Source: an uncultured Porphyromonadaceae bacterium (lineage in GTDB: Bacteria; Bacteroidota; Bacteroidia; Bacteroidales; Muribaculaceae). From it: 64,000 nucleotides of DNA. Numbering within the stretch: position 1 is the stretch's first letter; every line of letters starts with the position of its first letter. Position numbers and translations under genes: made by a program. This document shows positions 45,845 to 53,482 of the stretch, piece by piece. The notes beneath the pieces were generated by a model that did not search any database, was not told the origin of the DNA, and was given only the letters and a program-made list of their open reading frames with translations. The stretch lies in assembly GCA_902489275.1 (NCBI GenBank), contig CABTZK010000003.1, positions 52,283 to 116,282 of the forward strand, read 5' to 3'.

Positions 45845-46447
45845 ATGACAAAGGACATTTTATCACGCCTTCAGGAGCAACGCCCCTTTGTGGGCAATGC
45901 CATGCACATCCCGCGCAATTTGGTGGAGAAGGCACGCATGCTGTGCTGGCAATTCAACCACTGTGACCCCACCGACGCGAGGAAACAGCATGACCTCTTG
46001 CAGCGCCTGTTCGGCACTTATCACGCTTCAGTCTATCTGATGCCCGATTTCCATTGCGATTTCGGGTTCAATATCCATTTCAAGGGATTCGCGCTGGTCA
46101 ACTACAATTGCGTGATGCTCGACACCTCGCCCATCACTATCGGGCGGAGCGTCCTTTTGGGACCGGGGGTGGTGTTGGCATGCCCAGGCCACCCGCTCGA
46201 CCCGCAGCAGCGAGGCAGTGGCGCCTACGAGACCTCGGCTCCCATCACCATTGAGGACAATGTGTGGATAGGCGCCAACTGCACCGTGTGCGGTGGCGTG
46301 ACGATAGGCGAGGGGAGTGTGATAGGAGCGGGCAGTGTGGTGAACCAAAGCGTCCCGCCAGGCGTGGTCGCGGCAGGCGTTCCCTGCAAAGTCGCTCGCC
46401 CATTGACCGACAGCGACAGGCTCGACCTTTCCCAACTCGACTTTTAG
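45845..46447 (+). CDS. Maltose/galactoside-type sugar O-acetyltransferase
   Basis: Maa N-terminal region (GNAMHIPRNL...ARMLCWQFN) plus hexapeptide repeats IEDNVWIGANCTVCGGVTIGEGSVIGAGSVV. Confidence 0.8.
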   Translation: MTKDILSRLQEQRPFVGNAMHIPRNLVEKARMLCWQFNHCDPTDARKQHDLLQRLFGTYHASVYLMPDFHCDFGFNIHFKGFALVNYNCVMLDTSPITIGRSVLLGPGVVLACPGHPLDPQQRGSGAYETSAPITIEDNVWIGANCTVCGGVTIGEGSVIGAGSVVNQSVPPGVVAAGVPCKVARPLTDSDRLDLSQLDF

Positions 46448-46523
46448 CCCCGCCGTGTGCCCGCCATGTGCATTTTTAATTTGAAAAACGAGGCGAGAAT
46501 TGGGATAATATGGAAAAATTACT

Positions 46524-46531
46524 TACTTTTG
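46524..46531 (+). promoter_or_regulatory. -7 promoter box (TACTTTTG)
   Basis: Exact TAnnTTTG, 19 nt upstream of ATG 46550. Confidence 0.5.
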
Positions 46532-46549
46532 TAAAATATTTGGAGCGAA

Positions 46550-46843
46550 ATGGCTACAGAACTTCAAGATACTCTTGCACGACTGGTCAGCAAAAGCAAT
46601 GTGTTGATTGAGAAATACCGTGTGCTTGCTGCTGAAAAAGAGGAGCTTGATGTTCAACTTGCAACGATGCAAGAAGAGGTAGACAACCTGCGCATGGAGA
46701 ATGAGAAATTGCATCAGGATAATGAATACCTTAAAATGGCCCGTAGCATTGTACCCGACCAGGAAAAGGCGGCACAGGCGCGTAGCATGATCTCCAATTT
46801 GGTGCGGGATATTGACAAATGCATCTCTCAACTAAATGAATGA
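46550..46843 (+). CDS. Coiled-coil protein upstream of zapA (ZapB-like role possible)
   Basis: 97 aa with heptad-rich sequence EKEELDVQLATMQEEVDNLRMENEKLHQDNEYLK. It overlaps the zapA-like ORF by 8 nt. Confidence 0.5.
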   Translation: MATELQDTLARLVSKSNVLIEKYRVLAAEKEELDVQLATMQEEVDNLRMENEKLHQDNEYLKMARSIVPDQEKAAQARSMISNLVRDIDKCISQLNE

Positions 46844-47147
46844 TGCAATGGCGAAAACTGAAGATAAGATAAATATCACCATAAGACTGGCCGATGTGAA
46901 GCCCATTCCGCTTTGCATCCCTCGCGAGGACGAGCCATGGTATCGCGAAACGGAAAAACTTGTGAACACTTTGTGGAACAGGTACATGGTCCGGTTTCGA
47001 GACATGAGCACGAGCGAAGAGGTCATGGCACGAGTCGCGTTTCAGTTTGCGCGCTTGTATGGACAGGCGTATCGCGACAATATCACAACAAACGAGTTTT
47101 TGGCTGCTTTTGAAAAGCAACTTGACGAAATCGTGATCAAGGTTTAA
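46836..47147 (+). CDS. zapA: Cell division protein ZapA-like
   Basis: 103 aa. KINITIRLADVKPIPLCIPREDEPWYRETEKLVN...MARVAFQFA resembles Bacteroidetes ZapA. It sits upstream of rny. Confidence 0.55.
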   Translation: MNDAMAKTEDKINITIRLADVKPIPLCIPREDEPWYRETEKLVNTLWNRYMVRFRDMSTSEEVMARVAFQFARLYGQAYRDNITTNEFLAAFEKQLDEIVIKV

Positions 47148-47315
47148 TCAAGGGCTGGCGGCGTGGTGGCACTGGGTGTTGCCATGAAGCCGGCAAGGCT
47201 AAGATTGGATTTAGGTTCCTGCACCGTAGTGTTCCCGGCTGGAAGTGTTCATGCTTTTGGCCACAAGGGGAAATAACGGTGTTTTTTTATTATATATATT
47301 TAACTTTTACATGAA

Positions 47316-48851
47316 ATGATACTAAACATTATTATTGCGGTAGTCGCACTTGCCTTAGGCATTGCTGGCACTCTGGTGGTTTCTCGCAAGAATGCCAAGT
47401 CACAAGCTAATTCCATTCTTGAAAAGGCGAAACTGGAGGCCGAGGTGCTGAAAAATAACGAACGAATCAAGGGCAAGGAAGAAGGGCTCAAAATCAAGAG
47501 CGAGGCCGAGAAGCAAGCCAGCGCACGCGAGCAGAAAGCACAAGCCGTCGAGGCCAAAAACAAGCAGCGCGAGATGCAGCTCAACCAGCAGCAAGGCGAC
47601 TTGCAGCGCAAGAAAAACGAGGTCGACGAGCAAAAACGGGCGCTCGACAACCAAAACGCCATGCTGGAGAACCGGAAAAAGGAAGTGGATAAAATGGAGA
47701 AAAACGTGCGCAACACGCTTGAGCACGTGAGCGGCCTCTCGGCCGATGAAGCCAAGGAGAAACTTGTGGAGTCGTTGAAAGACGAGGCCAAAACCGCAGC
47801 TGCCAGTTATATCAACGACATCATGGACGATGCCAAAATGACGGCCAACAAAGAGGCTAAGCGCATCATCGTAGAGTCCATCCAGCGCGTGGCGACCGAA
47901 ACGGCCATCGAGAATGCGGTGACCGTGTTTCACATCGATAACGACGATATAAAAGGGCGCATTATCGGCCGTGAGGGCCGCAACATCCGCGCCCTTGAGG
48001 CTGCAACGGGCGTTGAAATCATTGTTGACGACACCCCCGAGGCCATCGTGCTTTCGGGATTCGACCCCGTGCGGCGCGAGATTGCGCGACTGGCGCTGCA
48101 TCAGCTGGTGGCCGACGGCCGCATTCATCCCGCACGCATCGAGGAAGTGGTGGCAAAGGTCAAAAAGCAAGTCGAGGAGGAAATCATCGAAACGGGCAAG
48201 CGCACCACAATCGACCTGGGTATTCACGGCCTGCACCCCGAGATGATTCGCCTCATCGGCAAGATGAAGTACCGTTCCAGCTATGGCCAAAACTTGCTCC
48301 AGCACTCACGTGAGACCGCCAACCTGTGCGCCATTATGGCCAGCGAGCTTGGGTTGAATCCCAAGAAGGCGCGTCGTGCCGGGCTGCTTCACGACATTGG
48401 CAAAGTGCCCGACGAAGAGCCCGAATTGCCACATGCGATTTTGGGCATGAAACTTGCCGAGAAGTTTAAAGAGAAACCCGACATTTGCAATGCGATTGGC
48501 GCTCACCACGACGAGGAAGAGGCCAAAAGCATGTATGCGCCCATCGTGCAGGTGTGTGATGCCATCTCGGGCGCGCGTCCCGGTGCACGCCGCGAGGTGG
48601 TCGAGGCCTACATTAAGCGACTCAACGACCTTGAGAAACTTGCCTTGAGCTATCCTGGCGTGGTGAAAACCTATGCTATTCAGGCTGGCCGAGAGTTGAG
48701 GGTCATTGTGGGAGCCGACAAGATTACCGATGCCGAAACCGAGAAACTGAGCACCGAGATTGCTCAGAAAATACAAGACGAACTCACTTATCCAGGACAA
48801 GTGCGCATCACCGTTATCCGTGAAACCCGTGCCGTGAGTTACGCTAAATAA
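47316..48851 (+). CDS. rny: Ribonuclease Y
   Basis: N-terminal TM, coiled coil, KH domain ([15 protein letters not shown]), and HD domain (LLHDIGK). Confidence 0.95.
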   Translation: MILNIIIAVVALALGIAGTLVVSRKNAKSQANSILEKAKLEAEVLKNNERIKGKEEGLKIKSEAEKQASAREQKAQAVEAKNKQREMQLNQQQGDLQRKKNEVDEQKRALDNQNAMLENRKKEVDKMEKNVRNTLEHVSGLSADEAKEKLVESLKDEAKTAAASYINDIMDDAKMTANKEAKRIIVESIQRVATETAIENAVTVFHIDNDDIKGRIIGREGRNIRALEAATGVEIIVDDTPEAIVLSGFDPVRREIARLALHQLVADGRIHPARIEEVVAKVKKQVEEEIIETGKRTTIDLGIHGLHPEMIRLIGKMKYRSSYGQNLLQHSRETANLCAIMASELGLNPKKARRAGLLHDIGKVPDEEPELPHAILGMKLAEKFKEKPDICNAIGAHHDEEEAKSMYAPIVQVCDAISGARPGARREVVEAYIKRLNDLEKLALSYPGVVKTYAIQAGRELRVIVGADKITDAETEKLSTEIAQKIQDELTYPGQVRITVIRETRAVSYAK

Positions 48852-48864
48852 ATTGTAGTGCCAC

Positions 48865-50268
48865 ATGACAAACGATAAGGATCAACTCAAAGAGTCCAAC
48901 CGTGTGGGTCATGAGCGTCAATCTGCCGAAGGGAATGACTTGCATGCCTCACAGTGCGTCGCTTGCCACAATTGCTCGTGCGAGAGTTGCCGAAACGACG
49001 TGCGCTGCAATTTGGAATGCACCAACTGGCTTGCCGACATTCCCGGCGAGGCAACCGACTTTGATGTGATTGAGGTCCACTTTAAGAACACACGCAAAGG
49101 ATTCTATCGCAATAGCGCCCACATCCCGCTCAAGGTGGGCGACTTGGTGGCGGTGGAGGCAAGTCCCGGCCACGACATCGGGCGCGTGTCCATGATGGGG
49201 CGACTGGTGAAATTACAGATGAAAAAGGCCAATCTGAAACCCGATTTCGAGATTCTGCGCGTGTTCCGCAAGGCGAAACCCAGCGACCTCGAGCGTTGGG
49301 AGGAGGCCAAGGCCAAGGAGGTTGACACCATGATACGCTCTCGCAAGATCGCTGCCGACCTCAATCTTAAAATGAAGATTGGCGATGTGGAGTACCAGGG
49401 CGATGGCAACAAAGCCATCTTCTACTACATTGCCGATGAGCGTGTGGATTTCAGGCAACTCATTAAGGTGCTGGCCGACGTGTTCAAAATACGCGTAGAG
49501 ATGAAGCAGATAGGCGCGCGCCAGGAGGCTGGGCGCATTGGGGGAATTGGCCCTTGTGGCCGCCCGTTGTGTTGTGCCAGCTGGATGAGCAGTTTCGTCT
49601 CGGTTTCTACCAGTGCCGCACGTTATCAGGACATCTCCTTGAACCCCCAGAAACTGGCGGGTCAGTGCGCCAAGCTCAAGTGCTGCATCAACTTTGAAGT
49701 CGACGAATATGTCGAGGCCTTAAAGCAGATGCCCCCCCGCGATGTGAAGTTGGAAACCAAAGATCACTTGTATTATCCCTTCAAGACCGATATCTTCAAG
49801 CGAGAAGTCACATTCTCGACCGAAAAGAGCGGCCCGGCCAATCTCGTGACCATTCCTGTTGAGCGCATATTCGAGGTGATGGAACTGAACAAAAAGGGCG
49901 AGAAGCCCGATGCCTTGAGTGCCGATGGCAGCGCCAGTAGAGTCGAGCGCAAGGCTTTTGGCGACATTTTAGGGCAAGACGCCATCAACCGTTTCGACAA
50001 AAAGAAGAAGAAAAGGAAGAGCAAGACTGCTCGGGTTGGCAAGACCGAGGGCGAGAGTCCGAAGCCTGCCCATCAGCAAGCGCAGGCTGGCGGCAATCAG
50101 CGCCAACGCGGCCAGCGCCCTGGTGGCGCCCAGCAGGCGAGAGCCCGACAAGGCGGCAGGCCCAATGGAGACAGCCAACAGCGACGGCAACAAGGGTCAA
50201 GACAAGGCAACAGCAAGAATAACGATGCTCCAAAGCCACAACAGCAAAATCAGGACCAAAAGCAGTAG
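48865..50268 (+). CDS. PSP1-domain protein (RicT/YaaT-like) with Q/R/G-rich disordered tail
   Basis: PSP1 core (GDLVAVEASPGHDIGRV ... IRVEMKQIGARQEAGRIGGIGPCGRPLCCASW). The C-terminal ~100 aa are low complexity. Confidence 0.8.
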   Translation: MTNDKDQLKESNRVGHERQSAEGNDLHASQCVACHNCSCESCRNDVRCNLECTNWLADIPGEATDFDVIEVHFKNTRKGFYRNSAHIPLKVGDLVAVEASPGHDIGRVSMMGRLVKLQMKKANLKPDFEILRVFRKAKPSDLERWEEAKAKEVDTMIRSRKIAADLNLKMKIGDVEYQGDGNKAIFYYIADERVDFRQLIKVLADVFKIRVEMKQIGARQEAGRIGGIGPCGRPLCCASWMSSFVSVSTSAARYQDISLNPQKLAGQCAKLKCCINFEVDEYVEALKQMPPRDVKLETKDHLYYPFKTDIFKREVTFSTEKSGPANLVTIPVERIFEVMELNKKGEKPDALSADGSASRVERKAFGDILGQDAINRFDKKKKKRKSKTARVGKTEGESPKPAHQQAQAGGNQRQRGQRPGGAQQARARQGGRPNGDSQQRRQQGSRQGNSKNNDAPKPQQQNQDQKQ

Positions 50269-50731
50269 GCTGGCTCTACTCATTACACTCACGCTAATGG
50301 TAGTATGCTTAGGCGCTTGTTCGCCCGAGCATACTTCTTATAGCGACTTTCGAGACGTGCCCGACGAGGGATGGCTCTCCAGCACGCCCATTTACCTCAC
50401 TCCGCAGGTGGACGACTCTACTGGGAGCTATGATGTGACTCTTGTAGTGAGGCACAGCACATCCTATCCTTTCAAGGACTTGCGGTTGGTGGTTGACTTT
50501 CTGGGAAGTGGAGGCGAGTTATCGCGCAGGCGAGTGAGCTTTAGCTTTGCCGACGAGCGAGGAAAACTGAAAAGCGCAGGATTCGGAGGCCTGTATCAAG
50601 CCAGTGCCGTTGTCGCTCGCGCCATGCGGCATGGCCAGTTGCGCCGAGTGGTCGTTTGGCCTGGAATAAGCGATTGTGACACCCTTCAAGGGATTGTGAA
50701 CGTGGGGATTATTGTTTCTCCTGCTCCTTGA
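50225..50731 (+). CDS. gldH: GldH-like lipoprotein
   Basis: Start set at MLQSHNSKIRTKSSRLALLITLTLMVVCLGAC (lipobox). YDVTLVVRHSTSYPFKDLRLVVDF resembles GldH. It overlaps the PSP1 tail by 44 nt. Confidence 0.55.
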   Translation: MLQSHNSKIRTKSSRLALLITLTLMVVCLGACSPEHTSYSDFRDVPDEGWLSSTPIYLTPQVDDSTGSYDVTLVVRHSTSYPFKDLRLVVDFLGSGGELSRRRVSFSFADERGKLKSAGFGGLYQASAVVARAMRHGQLRRVVVWPGISDCDTLQGIVNVGIIVSPAP

Positions 50732-51170
50732 AAGTCACCATTCGGTTGTAGATGTAGTTGGCCAGGGTGTAGAATACCATGGCAATGACCATCACAATGT
50801 TTTGCCCTGGCTTTTCCATAGGGAAAAACGGAATGATGTCTTGAGGCAGGGATTTCCATCGAAGACCCTCAAGCAAGAACACGCTCACTGCCATTTGCAG
50901 CACCCAGCACGCCAAGAAGCCAATGATGAACAAAACCGCCTCGCGCTTCACGTTGCTCTTGGCCTTGAACACCCACGTGCGGTTCCACACGAAACTGTTG
51001 ACCACTCCGAGCACATAGCCAATCACGTTGCTAAAGGTGTAGGGAACGCCTAACTGTGAATTGAGCACGTAAAATGAGGCTAACGTGATGAGGGTGTTAC
51101 TCGCACCGATAACGCCATACTTCACGAGTTGAACCAACGTTTTCCTTGTCTCGGTTTTATTTAGTTTCAT
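50709..51170 (-). CDS. GtrA-family membrane protein
   Basis: LVKYGVIGASNTLITLASFYVLN N-terminus and four TMs. Start at MKLNK (51170), below the promoter box. Confidence 0.75.
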   Translation of the reverse strand: MKLNKTETRKTLVQLVKYGVIGASNTLITLASFYVLNSQLGVPYTFSNVIGYVLGVVNSFVWNRTWVFKAKSNVKREAVLFIIGFLACWVLQMAVSVFLLEGLRWKSLPQDIIPFFPMEKPGQNIVMVIAMVFYTLANYIYNRMVTFKEQEKQ

Positions 51171-51212
51171 GTTTGGACAGGTGCTGTTTTTCAGTCTCTC
51201 TAAAAACAACTG

Positions 51213-51220
51213 CAAATGTA
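51213..51220 (-). promoter_or_regulatory. -7 promoter box (TACATTTG)
   Basis: Exact TAnnTTTG on the minus strand, 43 nt upstream of ATG 51170. Confidence 0.5.
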
Positions 51221-51254
51221 GTTGTTTTTATTTGATTTTTAATTATTTTCTGCT

Positions 51255-51262
51255 TAAATTTG
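51255..51262 (+). promoter_or_regulatory. -7 promoter box (TAAATTTG)
   Basis: Exact TAnnTTTG, 12 nt upstream of ATG 51274. Confidence 0.5.
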
Positions 51263-51273
51263 ACCAAAAAACA

Positions 51274-51744
51274 ATGAAACGATTTTCTTCAGTCTTTGCC
51301 TGCTCGCTCATCGTGTTTCTGCTGCACATCCCGCTGCTGGCCGGTGCCTCACAGCTGCTGAGAGGCAATAGCAGCTACACGAGCGACGTGCTCTACACCT
51401 TTGATGGGAAATACCTCTATAAGGGGAACAGCACCTACACGAGCGACATCTTGTACTCCTGGGACGGAAAGTACGTGTTTCAGGGGAAAAGCCAGTATTC
51501 AAGCGATATTTTGTGCTCTTGGGACGGGAAATACGTCTATCAGGGCCGCAGTGCCTACAGCAGCGACATCATTTATACTTTTGACGGGCAATATCTCTAC
51601 CTGGGCCGCAGCAGTTTCATGAGCGACATCGTGATGACTTTCTCGCGAGGGCACATTTACTCCGGCTGTAGCACCTACACAAGCGACATCCTCTATACCG
51701 TCAAGGGGCACATACCCGTTCCCGTCCTGTTGATGGTAATATAG
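51274..51744 (+). CDS. Secreted protein made of six 20-aa tandem repeats, function unknown
   Basis: Signal peptide MKRFSSVFACSLIVFLLHIPLLAGAS, then xGxSxY(T/S)SDILYxxDGKYxY repeated six times, then a hydrophobic IPVPVLLMVI end. Confidence 0.6.
   Translation: MKRFSSVFACSLIVFLLHIPLLAGASQLLRGNSSYTSDVLYTFDGKYLYKGNSTYTSDILYSWDGKYVFQGKSQYSSDILCSWDGKYVYQGRSAYSSDIIYTFDGQYLYLGRSSFMSDIVMTFSRGHIYSGCSTYTSDILYTVKGHIPVPVLLMVI
51361..51720 (+). repeat. Six in-frame 60-nt tandem repeats
   Basis: Units start exactly at 51361, 51421, 51481, 51541, 51601 and 51661: RGNSSYTSDVLYTFDGKYLY / KGNSTYTSDILYSWDGKYVF / QGKSQYSSDILCSWDGKYVY / QGRSAYSSDIIYTFDGQYLY / LGRSSFMSDIVMTFSRGHIY / SGCSTYTSDILYTVKGHIPV. Confidence 0.9.
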
Positions 51745-51769
51745 CCGCTTGCCTCGATGGGTGTGGCTT

Positions 51770-53194
51770 CTATAGGGGAGAAAGCCCCAGCTCGGCGGCT
51801 TTTTGCAGCATGAACGCGTAAGCTTGACGGCGGTCGTTGGCGATTTTCCCGTCAAGGATGGCATCCTTGATGGCATCTTTAATCTCGCCCACAGGCTTGG
51901 ATGGGGGAAGTCCAAAGATTTTCATGATTTCCTCGCCGCCGATTGGGGGTTGGAAATTGCGGATGCGGTCTTTTTCTTCAATATCGACCAACTTCTGCTT
52001 CACGAGGAGGAAGTTGTCGCGGTAGCGCTTCACCTTCTCGGTGTTCTTGCTCGTGATGTCGGCGCTGCACAGGAGCATCAGGTCGTCAATGTCGTCGCCA
52101 GCGTCAAACAGCAGTCGCCGCACCGCGCTATCGGTCACTTCGTCGTCAACGATGGCAATGGGGCGCATGTGCAGCCCCACCAGCTTTTTCACATATTTCA
52201 TGTGCTCGTTGAGTGGAAACTTCATCTTGCCGAAAATCTTAGGCACCATCTTCTCGCCGATGAAGTTATGGTTGTGAAACGTCCACCCTTGCTTCTCGTC
52301 CCAATGCTTGGTGATGGGTTTGCCAATGTCATGCATGACGGCCGCCCAGCGCAGCCACTCGTTGTCGCTTTGGGCAGCAACGTTGTCAAGCACTTTCAGG
52401 GTGTGCAGGAAATTGTCTTTGTGGCCGCGCCCGTGGCTCGTGTCGATGCCCTTGAGCGCGGCAAGTTCGGGAAAGATGAGCGATAGCAGGCCGCACTCGT
52501 CAAGCAGCGTGAAACCGCGTGAGGGGTCGCTTGAGCGAATGATTTTGAACAGCTCGTCGGCAATGCGTTCCTTGGTGATGATCTTTATGCGCTGGGCATT
52601 GCGTTGGATGGCCTCCAGCGTTTCGGGAAAAATGTCAAAATTCAGCTGGGTCGCAAAGCGCACGGCGCGCATCATGCGCAGCGGGTCGTCGCTGAATGTG
52701 ATGTCGGGATTCAACGGAGTGCGAACGATTTTCCGTCTCAAGTCACCGATGCCGTCAAAGGGGTCAAGGAGCTTGCCGTAGGTGTCCGCGTTCACCGAGA
52801 TGGCCATTGCGTTAATGGTGAAGTCACGGCGCTTTTGGTCGTCATCGAGCGTGCCGTCCTCCACGATAGGATTGCGGCTGTCGCGACGGTAGGACTCGCG
52901 CCGTGCCCCCACAAATTCCAATTCCATCCCGCGAGCCTTCACTTGGGCTGTGCCGTAGGTCTTGAAAACCGACAAGGTTGATTTCTTCTTGCCAAGCCGC
53001 TCGTGGACTGCACGCGCCACCTCAATGCCGCTGCCCACCGTCACGAAGTCGATGTCGCTGGTAGGCCGTCCGAGCATGATGTCGCGCACGTAGCCGCCCA
53101 CCACGTAGCATTCTCGCTGCAGGTCATCGGCAATGCCTCCCACGATGTGGAAAATGGGCTGCGCCATCTTTTTCTCGATGTTTTCAGTGTTCAT
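51770..53194 (-). CDS. cca: CCA-adding tRNA nucleotidyltransferase with HD domain
   Basis: Head domain CYVVGGYVRD...DIDFVT and HD domain AAVMHDIGKP. Confidence 0.8.
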   Translation of the reverse strand: MNTENIEKKMAQPIFHIVGGIADDLQRECYVVGGYVRDIMLGRPTSDIDFVTVGSGIEVARAVHERLGKKKSTLSVFKTYGTAQVKARGMELEFVGARRESYRRDSRNPIVEDGTLDDDQKRRDFTINAMAISVNADTYGKLLDPFDGIGDLRRKIVRTPLNPDITFSDDPLRMMRAVRFATQLNFDIFPETLEAIQRNAQRIKIITKERIADELFKIIRSSDPSRGFTLLDECGLLSLIFPELAALKGIDTSHGRGHKDNFLHTLKVLDNVAAQSDNEWLRWAAVMHDIGKPITKHWDEKQGWTFHNHNFIGEKMVPKIFGKMKFPLNEHMKYVKKLVGLHMRPIAIVDDEVTDSAVRRLLFDAGDDIDDLMLLCSADITSKNTEKVKRYRDNFLLVKQKLVDIEEKDRIRNFQPPIGGEEIMKIFGLPPSKPVGEIKDAIKDAILDGKIANDRRQAYAFMLQKAAELGLSPL

Positions 53195-53236
53195 TTTTCA
53201 TTATGCCGTGTAAAGTTACTGCAAATCCCTGGATAA

Positions 53237-53266
53237 ACAAAGAGGGAGGCTCTTCATGAGTCTCCC
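53237..53266 (-). terminator. Intrinsic terminator after the tRNA
   Basis: Minus strand: GGGAGACTC-ATGAA-GAGCCTCCC (one mismatch), followed by TCTTTGTTT. Confidence 0.6.
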
Positions 53267-53272
53267 CCCTTG

Positions 53273-53349
53273 TGGTAGCGGGACCGAGAATTGAACTCGG
53301 GACCTCCGGGTTATGAATCCGACGCTCTAACCAACTGAGCTATCCCGCC
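53273..53349 (-). tRNA. tRNA with CAT anticodon (Met, or Ile2 if lysidinylated)
   Basis: Reverse complement folds as a 77-nt cloverleaf with encoded CCA: GGCGGGA-TA-GCTC-AGTTGGTTA-GAGC-G-TCGGA-TTCATAA-CCCGG-AGGTC-CCGAG-TTCAATT-CTCGG-TCCCGCT-A-CCA. Confidence 0.9.
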
Positions 53350-53367
53350 ATTTCCATTTTGCGAGTG

Positions 53368-53375
53368 CAAAGATA
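53368..53375 (-). promoter_or_regulatory. -7 promoter box (TATCTTTG)
   Basis: Exact TAnnTTTG on the minus strand, 19 nt upstream of the tRNA 5' end. Confidence 0.5.
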
Positions 53376-53482
53376 CTGCATTTTTCAGAAACGACCAAAC
53401 TTTTTCCCCGATATATTTGAAAATTCTTCGTCAAGACGGTAGAATGTGAGGCAAGCCGCGCCACGCAACTGCCATTTTGGGC

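Noticed and set aside
47148-47315. Calling the zapA-rny spacer a 6S RNA gene
   Set aside because: Only synteny with E. coli and some nested helices support it. The length is short for 6S RNA, and I could not define the central bubble or closing stem. I kept it as a finding, not a feature.
50036-50224. N-terminal extension of the gldH-like ORF
   Set aside because: It is an out-of-frame read of the PSP1 low-complexity tail. The Met at 50225 gives a proper lipoprotein signal (LGAC lipobox).
51361-51720. The 60-nt tandem repeats, and the (GY)9 repeat at 34525-34578, as a CRISPR array or non-coding satellite
   Set aside because: The units are contiguous with no spacers, are in frame within ORFs that have signal peptide or kinase context, and are conserved at the amino-acid level more than at the nucleotide level.
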